Source of the DNA: Alphaproteobacteria bacterium
GTDB taxonomy: Bacteria; Pseudomonadota; Alphaproteobacteria; UBA7887
Length of the DNA: 64,000 nucleotides
Assembly: GCA_965216755.1 (NCBI GenBank)
Contig: CBDCGL010000011.1
Coordinates: 3,872,001 to 3,936,000, forward strand
Direction of reading: 5' to 3'
Part shown: positions 39,389 to 48,960 of the stretch, piece by piece
Layout of the letters: each line of letters starts with the position of its first letter
Numbering within the stretch: the stretch's first letter is position 1
Notes under the pieces: generated by a model
What the model was told of the DNA's origin: nothing
The model's input: the letters and a program-made list of their open reading frames with translations, nothing else
Databases searched by the model: none
Position numbers and translations under genes: made by a program

Positions 39389-40611
39389 TGACGACACGGT
39401 TAAAGCCCGCGGACCTCGACCAATTGCGTGACGCGGTTGCCTGGGTGGTCGCGGAGGAAAAGCCGGCCGAAATCGTCTGCCACGGCACCAAGCAAGATTT
39501 TGGCCGCACAACCAATAGCGAAGTGACCCTGGATATGTCAGGGCTGGCGGGCATTGTCTCCTATGAACCGGACGAATTGGTTCTGACGGCGAAGGCAGGC
39601 ACGCCCATGTCCGAAATCACGGAAATCCTTGCCGCCGAGAAACAAGCGCTTGCGTTCGAGCCACCGTCATACGGGCCCATGTTGGGCCATGACGCGGGCG
39701 GTTCGCTGGGCGGCTCCATCGCCTGCAATCTGTCCGGGCCGCGCCGATTCAAGGTCGGCGCCGCGCGCGATCATTTTCTCGGCGTCAGCGCGGTCAACGG
39801 TCGCGGCGAGATCTTTAAATCCGGCGGCCGGGTGGTCAAGAACGTCACCGGCTATGATTTGTGCAAGTTGCTCGCTGGGTCGTATGGCACCTTGGCGGTG
39901 ATGGCCGAAATCACGGTGAAGGTGCTGCCACAGCCCGAGAAGACCCGCACGGTCCTGATCAGTGGCCTTGATGACGCGACGGCGGTGCGGTTGCTGGGCG
40001 ACATCGCCAGCGGTCGCCACGAAGCGAGTGGCCTCGCGCATCTGCCAGAAAACAGCGTTGCGCGCTCCCAGGTCAGTTATCTCCGCGGCGCCGGCCGCGC
40101 CGTGACCGCCATCCGCCTAGAGGGTCCGGCGCCGTCGGTGCTGGCGCGCTGTGCCGCGCTGAAGAATTCCTGCGCGCCCCACGGCGCGATCGAGGAACTG
40201 CACGGTCACAATTCATCGCAGCTGTGGCGCGAGGTCGGGGAGGCGCGCTTGCTGACCGAGAGCGCGGCGGATTGTATTTGGCGCATTTCCCTGCCGCCGG
40301 CGGCGGCGGCGGGCGTTGTCGCGGCGTGCCGCACGGGTTCGGACATAGTCGGCTGTGCCTATGATTGGGCCGGTGGCTTGGTTTGGCTTGCGACCGCCCC
40401 CCATGGCGACGGCGGCGCGGCTGTAATCCGGGCGGCGCTCGCCCGTGATGGCGGCCACGCGACGCTGATCCGCGCGCCGGTGGCGATGCGCAACGCGGTG
40501 GCGGTGTTCCAGCCGCAGGACGGGGTCCTCGCGGCCTTGTCGACTCGGGTTAAAAAGCAGTTTGATCCCCGTGCCGTATTGAATCGCGGCCGCATGTATG
40601 CCGGTCTGTGA
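39388..40611 (+). CDS. glcE: Glycolate oxidase FAD-binding subunit
   Basis: YEPDELVLTAKAGTP, LSGPRR, GGRVVKNVTGYDL; start overlaps glcD stop (TAATG). Confidence 0.92.
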   Translation: MTTRLKPADLDQLRDAVAWVVAEEKPAEIVCHGTKQDFGRTTNSEVTLDMSGLAGIVSYEPDELVLTAKAGTPMSEITEILAAEKQALAFEPPSYGPMLGHDAGGSLGGSIACNLSGPRRFKVGAARDHFLGVSAVNGRGEIFKSGGRVVKNVTGYDLCKLLAGSYGTLAVMAEITVKVLPQPEKTRTVLISGLDDATAVRLLGDIASGRHEASGLAHLPENSVARSQVSYLRGAGRAVTAIRLEGPAPSVLARCAALKNSCAPHGAIEELHGHNSSQLWREVGEARLLTESAADCIWRISLPPAAAAGVVAACRTGSDIVGCAYDWAGGLVWLATAPHGDGGAAVIRAALARDGGHATLIRAPVAMRNAVAVFQPQDGVLAALSTRVKKQFDPRAVLNRGRMYAGL

Positions 40612-40629
40612 CGGCGGGGTCCACAGGCA

Positions 40630-41919
40630 GTGCAAACCCATTTTACCGATATCCAACGGCAAGACCCGAATGTGCAAGAAGCCGAGCGCGTGTTGCGATC
40701 GTGCGTCCATTGCGGTTTTTGCACGGCGACATGTCCGACATATGTATTGTTGGGCAACGAGCTCGATTCGCCGCGTGGGCGGATCTATTTGATCAAGGAT
40801 CTGCTGGAAAACGACAAGACGCCGACCGCCGAGGTGGTCACCCACATCGATCGATGCCTGTCGTGCCTGTCATGCATGACCACCTGTCCTTCGGGCGTCA
40901 ACTATATGCACCTGGTTGACCAGGCCCGGACCCACATCGAACGTCGGTTTCGACGGCCCCGCGCCGAACGCTGGTTGCGCTGGCTGCTGGCGCTGGTGCT
41001 GCCGCGTCCCGGTTTGTTCCGATGGGCATTGCGGGGCGCGCGCTTGGTCCGGCCGCTGGGCCCCTTGATGCCCGGCCGGCTGGCCGGTTTGGTTGCCATG
41101 GCGCCGGCGCGTGTGCCGCGACCGTCCGCCCTGGATCGTCGGCACGTGGTCGCTGCCGAGGCGTCGCGGCGACAGCGCGTGGCGTTGCTCACGGGCTGCG
41201 CGCAAAGAGTGCTGGACCCGGAAATCAATGACGCGACCATCCGAATACTAAACCGCCATGGTTGCGAGGTGGTGATGCCGCCGATGGTCGGTTGCTGCGG
41301 TGCATTGACCCACCATCTGGGACAGGAGGCGAATGCGCTCGACGCCGCGCGCACCAACATTGGCGCGTGGTGGCGCGAGATCGAAGGCGAAGGCCTTGAC
41401 GCCATCGTCATCAACGCCTCGGGCTGTGGCACAGTGGTCAAGGGCTATGGCCACATGTTGCGCGACGATCCGAACTGGGCGGCGCCAGCGGCGGCGATTT
41501 CGGAACGGACCCGCGACATCAGCGAGTTGCTCGCCACCCTTGACCTCGCCGCGCGGCGCGATGTCGGAAATCTCGTCGTTGCCTATCATTCAGCCTGCTC
41601 GTTGCAACATGGTCAAAAGATCACTGAGCCACCCAAGGCCTTGCTACGGCAGGTGGGTTTCACTGTGCGCGATGTGCCTGAGGGGCATTTGTGTTGCGGC
41701 TCGGCTGGCACCTACAATCTTTTGCAGCCCGCGATTGCCGCGCGCCTGTTGGAACGGAAGATCGGCAATATACGCAAGTTGTCACCGGACGTTGTCGCCG
41801 CTGGCAATATTGGCTGCATGACCCAAATCGCGCCGGCCATCGACGTGCCGGTTGTCCACACCGCGGCATTGTTGGATTGGGCCACCGGTGGGCCAAAGCC
41901 GCGCGCGCTTGGATCCTGA
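40630..41919 (+). CDS. glcF: Glycolate oxidase iron-sulfur subunit
   Basis: CVHCGFCTATCPTY, DSPRGRIYLI, CLSCLSCMTTCPSGV, CCG domains. Confidence 0.94.
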   Translation: MQTHFTDIQRQDPNVQEAERVLRSCVHCGFCTATCPTYVLLGNELDSPRGRIYLIKDLLENDKTPTAEVVTHIDRCLSCLSCMTTCPSGVNYMHLVDQARTHIERRFRRPRAERWLRWLLALVLPRPGLFRWALRGARLVRPLGPLMPGRLAGLVAMAPARVPRPSALDRRHVVAAEASRRQRVALLTGCAQRVLDPEINDATIRILNRHGCEVVMPPMVGCCGALTHHLGQEANALDAARTNIGAWWREIEGEGLDAIVINASGCGTVVKGYGHMLRDDPNWAAPAAAISERTRDISELLATLDLAARRDVGNLVVAYHSACSLQHGQKITEPPKALLRQVGFTVRDVPEGHLCCGSAGTYNLLQPAIAARLLERKIGNIRKLSPDVVAAGNIGCMTQIAPAIDVPVVHTAALLDWATGGPKPRALGS

Positions 41920-41944
41920 CGCCGTTGGCGTCATACTTGCGCTC

Positions 41945-42490
41945 ATGCGAACCATGTTGACTTTGTTGATCTGGGCCGGCTTGTGCAGTGGTGTTGCCCT
42001 GGCCGGTCAGGAAGATCCACGCCTTGACGGCTTGTTCGCGCAATTGCAACAGGTCAATGGGCATGCGCAGGCGGCGTCGATCGAAGCCGAGATCTGGCAA
42101 ATTTGGATCGCTGCTGATAACAGCGAGGTTGAAAATTTGATGGCCATGGGGGTTGGCGCAATGCGCAGCGGTCGCCTGGGCGCGGCCCTGTTCGCGTTCG
42201 ACGCCGTCGTGGACATGGCGCCCGAATTCGCCGAAGGTTGGAACAAGCGGGCGACACTGTATTGGATGATGGGCGAGTTCGAAGAATCGGTGGCCGATAT
42301 CGACAAGACGCTGGCTCTTGAGCCGCGCCACTTTGGCGCCCTGTCTGGGTTGGCCATGATTCGCGAAGCGCAAGGGCGCATTGACGAGGCGATCGATGCG
42401 CTAAGAAAAGCCATCGCCGTGCATCCGCACATGGTTAATGGCAAGCAGCGGCTGAGATCGCTCGACGAAAAGCTTGGCGCACCGGCCTAA
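41945..42490 (+). CDS. Secreted TPR protein
   Basis: Signal peptide; IEAEIWQIW, APEFAEGWNKRAT, LEPRHFGALSGL. Confidence 0.85.
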   Translation: MRTMLTLLIWAGLCSGVALAGQEDPRLDGLFAQLQQVNGHAQAASIEAEIWQIWIAADNSEVENLMAMGVGAMRSGRLGAALFAFDAVVDMAPEFAEGWNKRATLYWMMGEFEESVADIDKTLALEPRHFGALSGLAMIREAQGRIDEAIDALRKAIAVHPHMVNGKQRLRSLDEKLGAPA

Positions 42491-42492
42491 AC

Positions 42493-42582
42493 TTTCGGTG
42501 ACAGTTTACTAAATACACCACATATTGTGGCGAAAACAGAAGACACGCAAAATATAGTGTATTTAGTAAACTGTCACCGAAA
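42493..42582. repeat. 90-bp AT-rich palindromic element with 26-bp perfect inverted repeats
   Basis: TTTCGGTGACAGTTTACTAAATACAC (42493-42518) and its exact reverse complement (42557-42582) between convergent genes. Confidence 0.9.
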
Positions 42583-42596
42583 TCATCGAAATTGGG

Positions 42597-44060
42597 TTAG
42601 GTTTCAATAACGCCATCGGGCCGCGGCGCTTCACGACGGTCCTCAAAGGCCTTGACCCAGGAAATGTGTAGCAGATTGGTCGCGCCCGGCGTGCCGAACG
42701 GCACGCCGGCGGTGATCACGATGCGCTTGCCGGCATCGGCGTAACCGCGGAAATAAGTCGCACGAGCGGCGCGTTCGACCATTTCGTCGAAATTGCTGGC
42801 GTCGTCGCCGCGCACGCACCGGACCCCCCAAGCCAAACTGAGCCGGCGCGCGACACGTGGATCGGGGATCAGGGCGAGCAGGGGCGTTTCCGGTCGCTCA
42901 CGGGCGACCCGCAGCGCGGTCGCGCCTGATTGCGAATAGGTGACAATGGCGGCGGCGCCGATGGTGCGCGCGACCTGGCGCGCCGCGGTACTGATCGCGT
43001 CGGCCTCGGTGCCTGTTGGCGGCGCCGCGCTCGCATCCAGGAACTGGCGGTGTAGAGGGTCGCGTTCGACTCGGCAAATGATCCGCTGCATCATGGCGAC
43101 GGTTTCTTGTGGGTAATCGCCGACCGCCGTTTCCGCCGACAACATCACCGCGTCACCGCCGTCGTAGACCGCCGTGGCGACGTCCGATGCCTCGGCGCGG
43201 GTCGGCTCTGGCGCATGCACCATGGAATCGAGCATTTGCGTGGCAACCACAACGGGTTTGCCGGCCTGGCGGGCCGCGCGCACGATGGCCTTTTGGACGC
43301 TTGGCACGTCTTCCGGGGCCATTTCGACACCCAAATCGCCACGCGCCACCATGATGCCGTCGGCCTGTTCGAGGATCTCCGCAAAACGGTCGACCGCCGC
43401 CGGCTTTTCAATCTTGGCCATGATCGCGGCGCGTCCGCCCGCCAGGCGGCGGGCTTCGGCAATGTCCTCTGGCCGTTGGACGAAGCTGAGCGCCAGCCAG
43501 TCGACACCCAAATTCACGGCGAACTCCAAATCGCGCCGATCCTTGTTGGTCAACGCGTTCAGCGGCAACACCGCGCCCGGCACGTTCAAGCCTTTGTGAT
43601 CCGAGAGTGTGCCACCAATGGCAACGGTGGTTTCGGCAAATTCGGGCCCGCAGCGATCGATCGCAAGACGGATGCGTCCATCATCGAGCAACAAGTTGAG
43701 ACCCGGCTTCAGCGCGGCAAAAACTTCGCGATGGGGCAACTGCACACGTGCCGGCGAACCGAGCGCGTCGTCCAAATCAAGGCGAAAGCGCGCTCCTGGT
43801 TCAAGTGATACGCTGCCACCCTCGAAACTGCCGACCCGCAATTTCGGGCCTTGCAAGTCGGCGACGATGCCGATGGGGTGGGCCGCCTTGTCCTCAACGG
43901 CGCGGATCATGGCATGTTGGCGCGCGTGAAACGCATGATCGCCATGGCTGAAATTCAGCCGAAACGCGCTCGCCCCGGCCGCATGCAACGCCCCGATCAT
44001 CTCTGGCGTCGCGCTGCTGGGGCCTAGCGTCGCCAGGATTTTGACATTGGCTTCTTGCAC
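42597..44060 (-). CDS. pyk: Pyruvate kinase
   Basis: KILATLGPSS, RLNFSHG, DLQGPKLR, AKIEKP, MVARGDLGVE, ATQMLDSM, PTRAEASDV, MLSAETA. Confidence 0.96.
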   Translation of the reverse strand: MQEANVKILATLGPSSATPEMIGALHAAGASAFRLNFSHGDHAFHARQHAMIRAVEDKAAHPIGIVADLQGPKLRVGSFEGGSVSLEPGARFRLDLDDALGSPARVQLPHREVFAALKPGLNLLLDDGRIRLAIDRCGPEFAETTVAIGGTLSDHKGLNVPGAVLPLNALTNKDRRDLEFAVNLGVDWLALSFVQRPEDIAEARRLAGGRAAIMAKIEKPAAVDRFAEILEQADGIMVARGDLGVEMAPEDVPSVQKAIVRAARQAGKPVVVATQMLDSMVHAPEPTRAEASDVATAVYDGGDAVMLSAETAVGDYPQETVAMMQRIICRVERDPLHRQFLDASAAPPTGTEADAISTAARQVARTIGAAAIVTYSQSGATALRVARERPETPLLALIPDPRVARRLSLAWGVRCVRGDDASNFDEMVERAARATYFRGYADAGKRIVITAGVPFGTPGATNLLHISWVKAFEDRREAPRPDGVIET

Positions 44061-44068
44061 GGCATGCC

Positions 44069-45361
44069 CTAAACGTGAGCTTCGCCAATCAATATAGTGC
44101 GAAAATCATTGACATTGGTAAGCGTTGGCCCGGTCATGACCAAGTCGTCGAGGGTCCGGAACAGGGTATAGGCGTCGTTGTCGGCGAGCATGGCACGGGC
44201 ATCGCGACCGGCGGCCGCGGCGCGGGCCAGCGTATCCGGCGTGACCACGGCGCCGGCATTATCCTCGGTACCGTCGATGCCGTCGGTATCGCAGGCAATG
44301 GCGGACACGTTTGCCAAGCCGTCGAGCGCCACCGCCAGCGCCAACAGAAACTCCGCATTGCGGCCGCCGCGACCCTTGCCGCGCACCGACACGGTGGTCT
44401 CGCCGCCGGTGATCAGGGCGCATGGTGCCGGGATCGGTTGGTCGTGACGAACCACCTGTTGGGCGATGCCGGCGTGGACCAGGGCGACGTCGCGCGCCTC
44501 GCCTTCGATCGAATCGCCCAGTATCAACGGTGCGTAACCTGCTTTCGTGGCCACCGCCGCCGCCGCCTCAAGCGAAGTTTGTGGCGTCGCGATCATCTCG
44601 ATGCGCGATCGGGTCAAACGCGCGTCGCCCGGTTTCGGCGTCTCGTCCGCGGCCGCGCGTAGGTGTGCCGCGACGGGCGCGGGCGGGGTCAACGCGTATT
44701 TCTCCAAGACAGCGACGGCATCGGCGAAGCTGGTCGGATCCGGCACCGTCGGGCCCGATGCAATCACCGCCGGGTCGTCGCCCGGGACGTCTGAAATCAG
44801 CAGACTGACCACGGGCGCGGGCGCCGCGGCGGCGGCCAGTCGACCGCCTTTGATCGCCGACAAATGTTTGCGGACGCAATTAATTTCAGAGATGGTTGCG
44901 CCGCAGCGCAATAATGCGCCGGTCACGGCACGCTTGTCGTCCAAAGTCAAGCCGGGCGCCGGCAGCGACAAAAGGGCGGAGCCGCCACCCGAAATCAGGC
45001 ACAAGACCAAGTCGTCCGCGGTGAGATCGGAAACCATCGCCAAAATGTCCGCGGCGGCCCGGTTGCCGGCGGCATCCGGCACCGGATGGGCGGCTTCGAC
45101 CACGCGGATATGTTCGGTCGGCGCCGCATGGTCGTAGCGGGTGATGACCAAACCGTGCAACAGGGCCGGGTCGTGATCCGCGTCGCGCCACGCGTGCTCA
45201 ACCGCCTGGGCCATGGCGCCCCCGGCCTTGCCCGCCCCGACCACCACCACGCGGCCCTTGGGCGCGCGTGGCAGAAACGGTGCCAGACATTTGGCCGGCA
45301 TGGCGGCGTCGACCGCTGCTTGGAACATGCTGCGCAGCAATGTATCGGATAATGAAATCAT
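44069..45361 (-). CDS. Glycerate kinase type 2 (MOFRL domain, TtuD-like)
   Basis: GAGKA, EAAHPVPD, LISGGGSALL, RKHLSAIKGG, GGETTV, GRGGRN, TDGIDG, TGPTLTNVND. Confidence 0.92.
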   Translation of the reverse strand: MISLSDTLLRSMFQAAVDAAMPAKCLAPFLPRAPKGRVVVVGAGKAGGAMAQAVEHAWRDADHDPALLHGLVITRYDHAAPTEHIRVVEAAHPVPDAAGNRAAADILAMVSDLTADDLVLCLISGGGSALLSLPAPGLTLDDKRAVTGALLRCGATISEINCVRKHLSAIKGGRLAAAAAPAPVVSLLISDVPGDDPAVIASGPTVPDPTSFADAVAVLEKYALTPPAPVAAHLRAAADETPKPGDARLTRSRIEMIATPQTSLEAAAAVATKAGYAPLILGDSIEGEARDVALVHAGIAQQVVRHDQPIPAPCALITGGETTVSVRGKGRGGRNAEFLLALAVALDGLANVSAIACDTDGIDGTEDNAGAVVTPDTLARAAAAGRDARAMLADNDAYTLFRTLDDLVMTGPTLTNVNDFRTILIGEAHV

Positions 45362-45395
45362 GACCGCACGTTAGACATTTTGGCGCCGCTTTGCA

Positions 45396-46265
45396 TCATT
45401 GTGCCGCGCGGTTGCCGCGATAGGCGATAAACACGGCGGCCAGTACCAGCACGGCGCCGACCGCTTGCAAGGGCGCTAGCGCCTCGGCCAGGATGATCCA
45501 GGCGATCGCCGCTGCAAACAGTGGCTCGGACAACAGCCCAAGCGCCGATAGAGACGCCGGCAGACGGTCAAGGGCATGGGCAACCAGGCCTTGCCCCAGG
45601 GCATGGCTGATCAAGGCCAAAGCGAACAGCGTCAACCAACCGGTCGCCGACACGCCGAGCAAAGGCTCGCCTGCGATCAGGCTGATGGGGGCCAAGGTGG
45701 CGGCGGTCACCAAACTCGTCCAGGCCATGATTTCGACCGCGGTGAACCGTGTTCGCAAGCGCTTGATGGTCACCAAATAGGCGGAAAAGAACAGCGCTGT
45801 GACGACACCGAAAATGTCGCCCCACACCCGAGCTCCGCTGAAGCCCAAACTGTCTGCGACCAACAACGCGCCGCCGCCGATTCCCATCGTCAGCGCCAAG
45901 ACAAAGGTCGGCGTCGGTCGTTCGCCGAGCCAAAGCCAGGCGCCTGCGGTAACAAAGAGTGGTGTCGACGTGGCGAACAGGGTCGCGTTGGCGACACTGG
46001 TCAGAGCAATCGACCAATGCCAGAACGCCAAGTCGCCGGCGAAAAACAGCCCGGCCAGAAACAGCAAGCCGTAGCCACGCGCGGATTGCCGGGATCGCTG
46101 GCGCGGCGCGGCGCGTAGGCCAAGCCAAAGAAATAGAATCGGCACCGCCAGACCGGCCCGATGCACACCGGTCGCGAGCGGTCCGAGCTCACTCAAGCGC
46201 ACGAGAGTGGGCGAAAAACCAATGGCAAACGCGCCCAGGAACAGCCATATGAGCGCATACCGCAT
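45396..46265 (-). CDS. DMT/EamA-family transporter
   Basis: About 10 hydrophobic helices in two repeats; TSVANATL, LGERP, EP..A. Confidence 0.88.
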   Translation of the reverse strand: MRYALIWLFLGAFAIGFSPTLVRLSELGPLATGVHRAGLAVPILFLWLGLRAAPRQRSRQSARGYGLLFLAGLFFAGDLAFWHWSIALTSVANATLFATSTPLFVTAGAWLWLGERPTPTFVLALTMGIGGGALLVADSLGFSGARVWGDIFGVVTALFFSAYLVTIKRLRTRFTAVEIMAWTSLVTAATLAPISLIAGEPLLGVSATGWLTLFALALISHALGQGLVAHALDRLPASLSALGLLSEPLFAAAIAWIILAEALAPLQAVGAVLVLAAVFIAYRGNRAAQ

Positions 46266-46495
46266 AGGCGCACTGTGCGTGCTGGCGATGTTCGAGGCGG
46301 CGCGTGGTTCGGTGTGCACGGTCTGTGTGCTTTGCGAAGTGGGCAAATGGGTGGCGCGGCGGCCGCCGCGCCATAAGTCTGATTTATAGGTTCATGTTAC
46401 GGAGGTCGAAAGGATATTGCGCCCGTTTCCCGCTGGATCACTGGGCCGATCATCGTTTCCCCGGGGCGCGAAATGGTCATGTATAGTCCGCCGCC

Positions 46496-47272
46496 ATGAC
46501 AAATACCGATGCGCATGCGTTTGATGTCTTCAACGACGACGGCACCACCGACGCGTTGCTGATTTGTGATCACGCCAGCAACGCAATGCCGGCGGAGATG
46601 AATCGATTGGGATTGGCGCCATGGGCCCTGAGCCGTCATATCGCTTGGGATATCGGTGCGGCATTGGTGACCCGCGCATTGGCCGACAGGCTCGATGCGT
46701 GCGCGGTATTGTCTGGCTTTTCACGCTTGATCGTTGATCCCAATCGGCCGCTCGACCATGAGCATTCCATGCGCACGGTCAGCGACGAGATTACCGTGCC
46801 CGGCAACCAATCGATTGGGCGCGCCGACGCGGCGCAGCGCGCCAAGACCTTTTTCGTGCCCTATCACCGTGAAATCGAACGACGCATCGCCGCGTTGCGG
46901 GCGCGCACCGTCCCGGTGCTCATTTCAATCCACAGTTTCACGCCGATCATGAACGGCCGGGCGCGACCGTGGCACGCGGCGATCCTCCATGGTGACGACG
47001 ATCGCTTGGTTGGTCCGGTGTTGACCGCATTTGCGGACCGCCATCCGGCTCTAGTGGTCGGCGACAATGAGCCCTACACGGGCTATAGCCACGAATCCTA
47101 TTCGGTCTTGTATCACGCGGAGCGCAACGGACTGCCCAATATTACTTTTGAGATTCGACAAGATCTGATCGACAGCCCGCGCGGTGCCGCGCTGTGGGCG
47201 GAGCTCTTGGCGACCGTCTTGGCCGCGCCTTTGGCAGACCCGGCCGTGCGTCAGCTGTTGGGCGAAGGATAG
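46496..47272 (+). CDS. N-formylglutamate amidohydrolase family protein (second type)
   Basis: CDHASN, HIAWDIGA, FSRLIVDPNR, PYH, SIHSFTP, GDNEPY, EIRQDLI. Confidence 0.88.
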   Translation: MTNTDAHAFDVFNDDGTTDALLICDHASNAMPAEMNRLGLAPWALSRHIAWDIGAALVTRALADRLDACAVLSGFSRLIVDPNRPLDHEHSMRTVSDEITVPGNQSIGRADAAQRAKTFFVPYHREIERRIAALRARTVPVLISIHSFTPIMNGRARPWHAAILHGDDDRLVGPVLTAFADRHPALVVGDNEPYTGYSHESYSVLYHAERNGLPNITFEIRQDLIDSPRGAALWAELLATVLAAPLADPAVRQLLGEG

Positions 47273-47275
47273 GTG

Positions 47276-48430
47276 ATGGTCCATAGCACACCACCGCTGA
47301 CGCTGGGCGTTGAAGAGGAATATTTGCTCGTCGACAGGAATACACGTGACCTGATTTCCGAGGCACCGGCCGAACTGATCAGCCAATGCGAACAGGCGTT
47401 GAGCAAGCAAGTCACGCCCGAATTTCTGCAATCGCAAATCGAAGTTGGCACGGTTGTTTGCGAGACCATCGCCGAAGTGCGCGTCGAACTGTGCCGCTTG
47501 CGGCGGACCGTGGCGGCCGTGGCCGGCGAGCATGGCCTGGGCCTGATCGCCGCATCGACCCATCCGTTCTCCAGTTGGCACGGCCAGCGCCATACGCCGA
47601 AAGCGCGCTACGACGAAATCGAGATCGAATATCAAGCGGCGGCCCGGCGGCTGCTGGTGTGCGGCATGCACGTGCATATCGGCATCGACGATGACGGCCT
47701 GCGCATTGATTTGATGAATCAGTTCGCCTATTTCTTGCCGCATCTGCTGGCGCTTAGTACCTCTTCGCCTTTCTGGGAGGGCGAGCACACGGGGCTCAAG
47801 TCTTATCGGCTGACGGTGTTCGATGGCCTGCCACGCACCGGCTTGCCGCCGCGGCTGGCCAGTTGGCATGAGTATCACGATCTGGTGACCCAGCTGGTTG
47901 GCACTGGTGCCCTGCAAGACGCCACCAAATTGTGGTGGGATATGCGCCCTAGCGCGCGATTTCCGACCTTGGAAATGCGCGTCACCGATATCTGCACCCG
48001 CTTGGAGGACGCGGTGACGATCGCGGCCCTTACCCAGTCGATATTTGCCATGTTGTGCCGCCTGCGTCGCGAGAATCGCCAGGCGCGCATCTACGCGACG
48101 CCTCTGATCGCGGAAAACCGGTGGCGGGCGATGCGCTACGGCTTGGACGAGGGCTTCATCGATTTTGGCGAATCCGTGCTCAAGCCGATGGCGGTGTTGG
48201 CCGAGGAGCTGGTCGATTTGCTGCGCGACGATGCGCGCGCGCTCGGTTGTTTGACAGAAGTGGAACGGGTGCGCGACATCGTCCGCCATGGCACCTCGGC
48301 GCACCGCCAGGTGGCCTGCTGGCAGGCGGCGTGCGATGCTGGTGCCGACCCGCAAGAGGCGCTGCGCGCTGTGGTTGATATGCTGATCGAGGAAACCTTG
48401 GCTGACACGAGCCCGGCGTGCGATGTTTGA
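47276..48430 (+). CDS. Carboxylate-amine ligase (glutamate-cysteine ligase 2, YbdK-like)
   Basis: TLGVEEEYLLVD, EFLQSQIE, CGMHVHIG, SSPFWEG, WWDMRPS..FPTLEMR, ENRWRA.RYG. Confidence 0.9.
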   Translation: MVHSTPPLTLGVEEEYLLVDRNTRDLISEAPAELISQCEQALSKQVTPEFLQSQIEVGTVVCETIAEVRVELCRLRRTVAAVAGEHGLGLIAASTHPFSSWHGQRHTPKARYDEIEIEYQAAARRLLVCGMHVHIGIDDDGLRIDLMNQFAYFLPHLLALSTSSPFWEGEHTGLKSYRLTVFDGLPRTGLPPRLASWHEYHDLVTQLVGTGALQDATKLWWDMRPSARFPTLEMRVTDICTRLEDAVTIAALTQSIFAMLCRLRRENRQARIYATPLIAENRWRAMRYGLDEGFIDFGESVLKPMAVLAEELVDLLRDDARALGCLTEVERVRDIVRHGTSAHRQVACWQAACDAGADPQEALRAVVDMLIEETLADTSPACDV

Positions 48431-48480
48431 TAAAATGTGTCGGCGCGCCGCGCCGACCGATGGCGATGAGAGGACGAACC

Positions 48481-48777
48481 ATGGATGATGCCAAACGGAC
48501 CGAGCTGGAGGCGGCCGCGTTTCGCCAGCTGGTGGAGCATTTCAGGGACAATCCCCAGGTGCAAAATATCGATCTGATGGATCTTGCCGGCTTCTGCCGC
48601 AATTGCTTGTCGAAATGGTACCGCGCCGCAGCTGAGGAACGGGGCGAAACCATGAGTTACGAGGAAGCGCGCGAGGTCATTTACGGCATGCCGTATACGC
48701 AATGGAAAGCGCAACACCAGACCACGCAGCCCCAGGACCGCCTGGATAAATTCGCCGCCGAGCATCCGCACGAATAG
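48481..48777 (+). CDS. DUF1244-family protein
   Basis: ELEAAAFR.LV.H, VQNIDLM.LAGFCRNCLSKWY, ARE.IYGMPY..WK..HQ. Confidence 0.9.
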   Translation: MDDAKRTELEAAAFRQLVEHFRDNPQVQNIDLMDLAGFCRNCLSKWYRAAAEERGETMSYEEAREVIYGMPYTQWKAQHQTTQPQDRLDKFAAEHPHE

Positions 48778-48886
48778 CCGCCCCGGCGGGCCGCGGAACC
48801 CCACGCAAGGAACGCCGCGCCACGCTTGCACGGCGGGTGGCGCTTGCGCTACCTATAGCTACCCGCGCGCCGTGGGGGTGTGTCGA

Positions 48887-48960
48887 TGGGGCGTAGCCAA
48901 GCGGTAAGGCAACGGGTTTTGATCCCGTGATCCCTGGTTCGAATCCAGGCGCCCCAGCCA
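48887..48960 (+). tRNA. tRNA-Gln(TTG)
   Basis: TGGGGCG/CGCCCCA acceptor stem, anticodon arm ACGGG-TTTTGAT-CCCGT, GGTTCGAATCC, encoded CCA. Confidence 0.97.
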
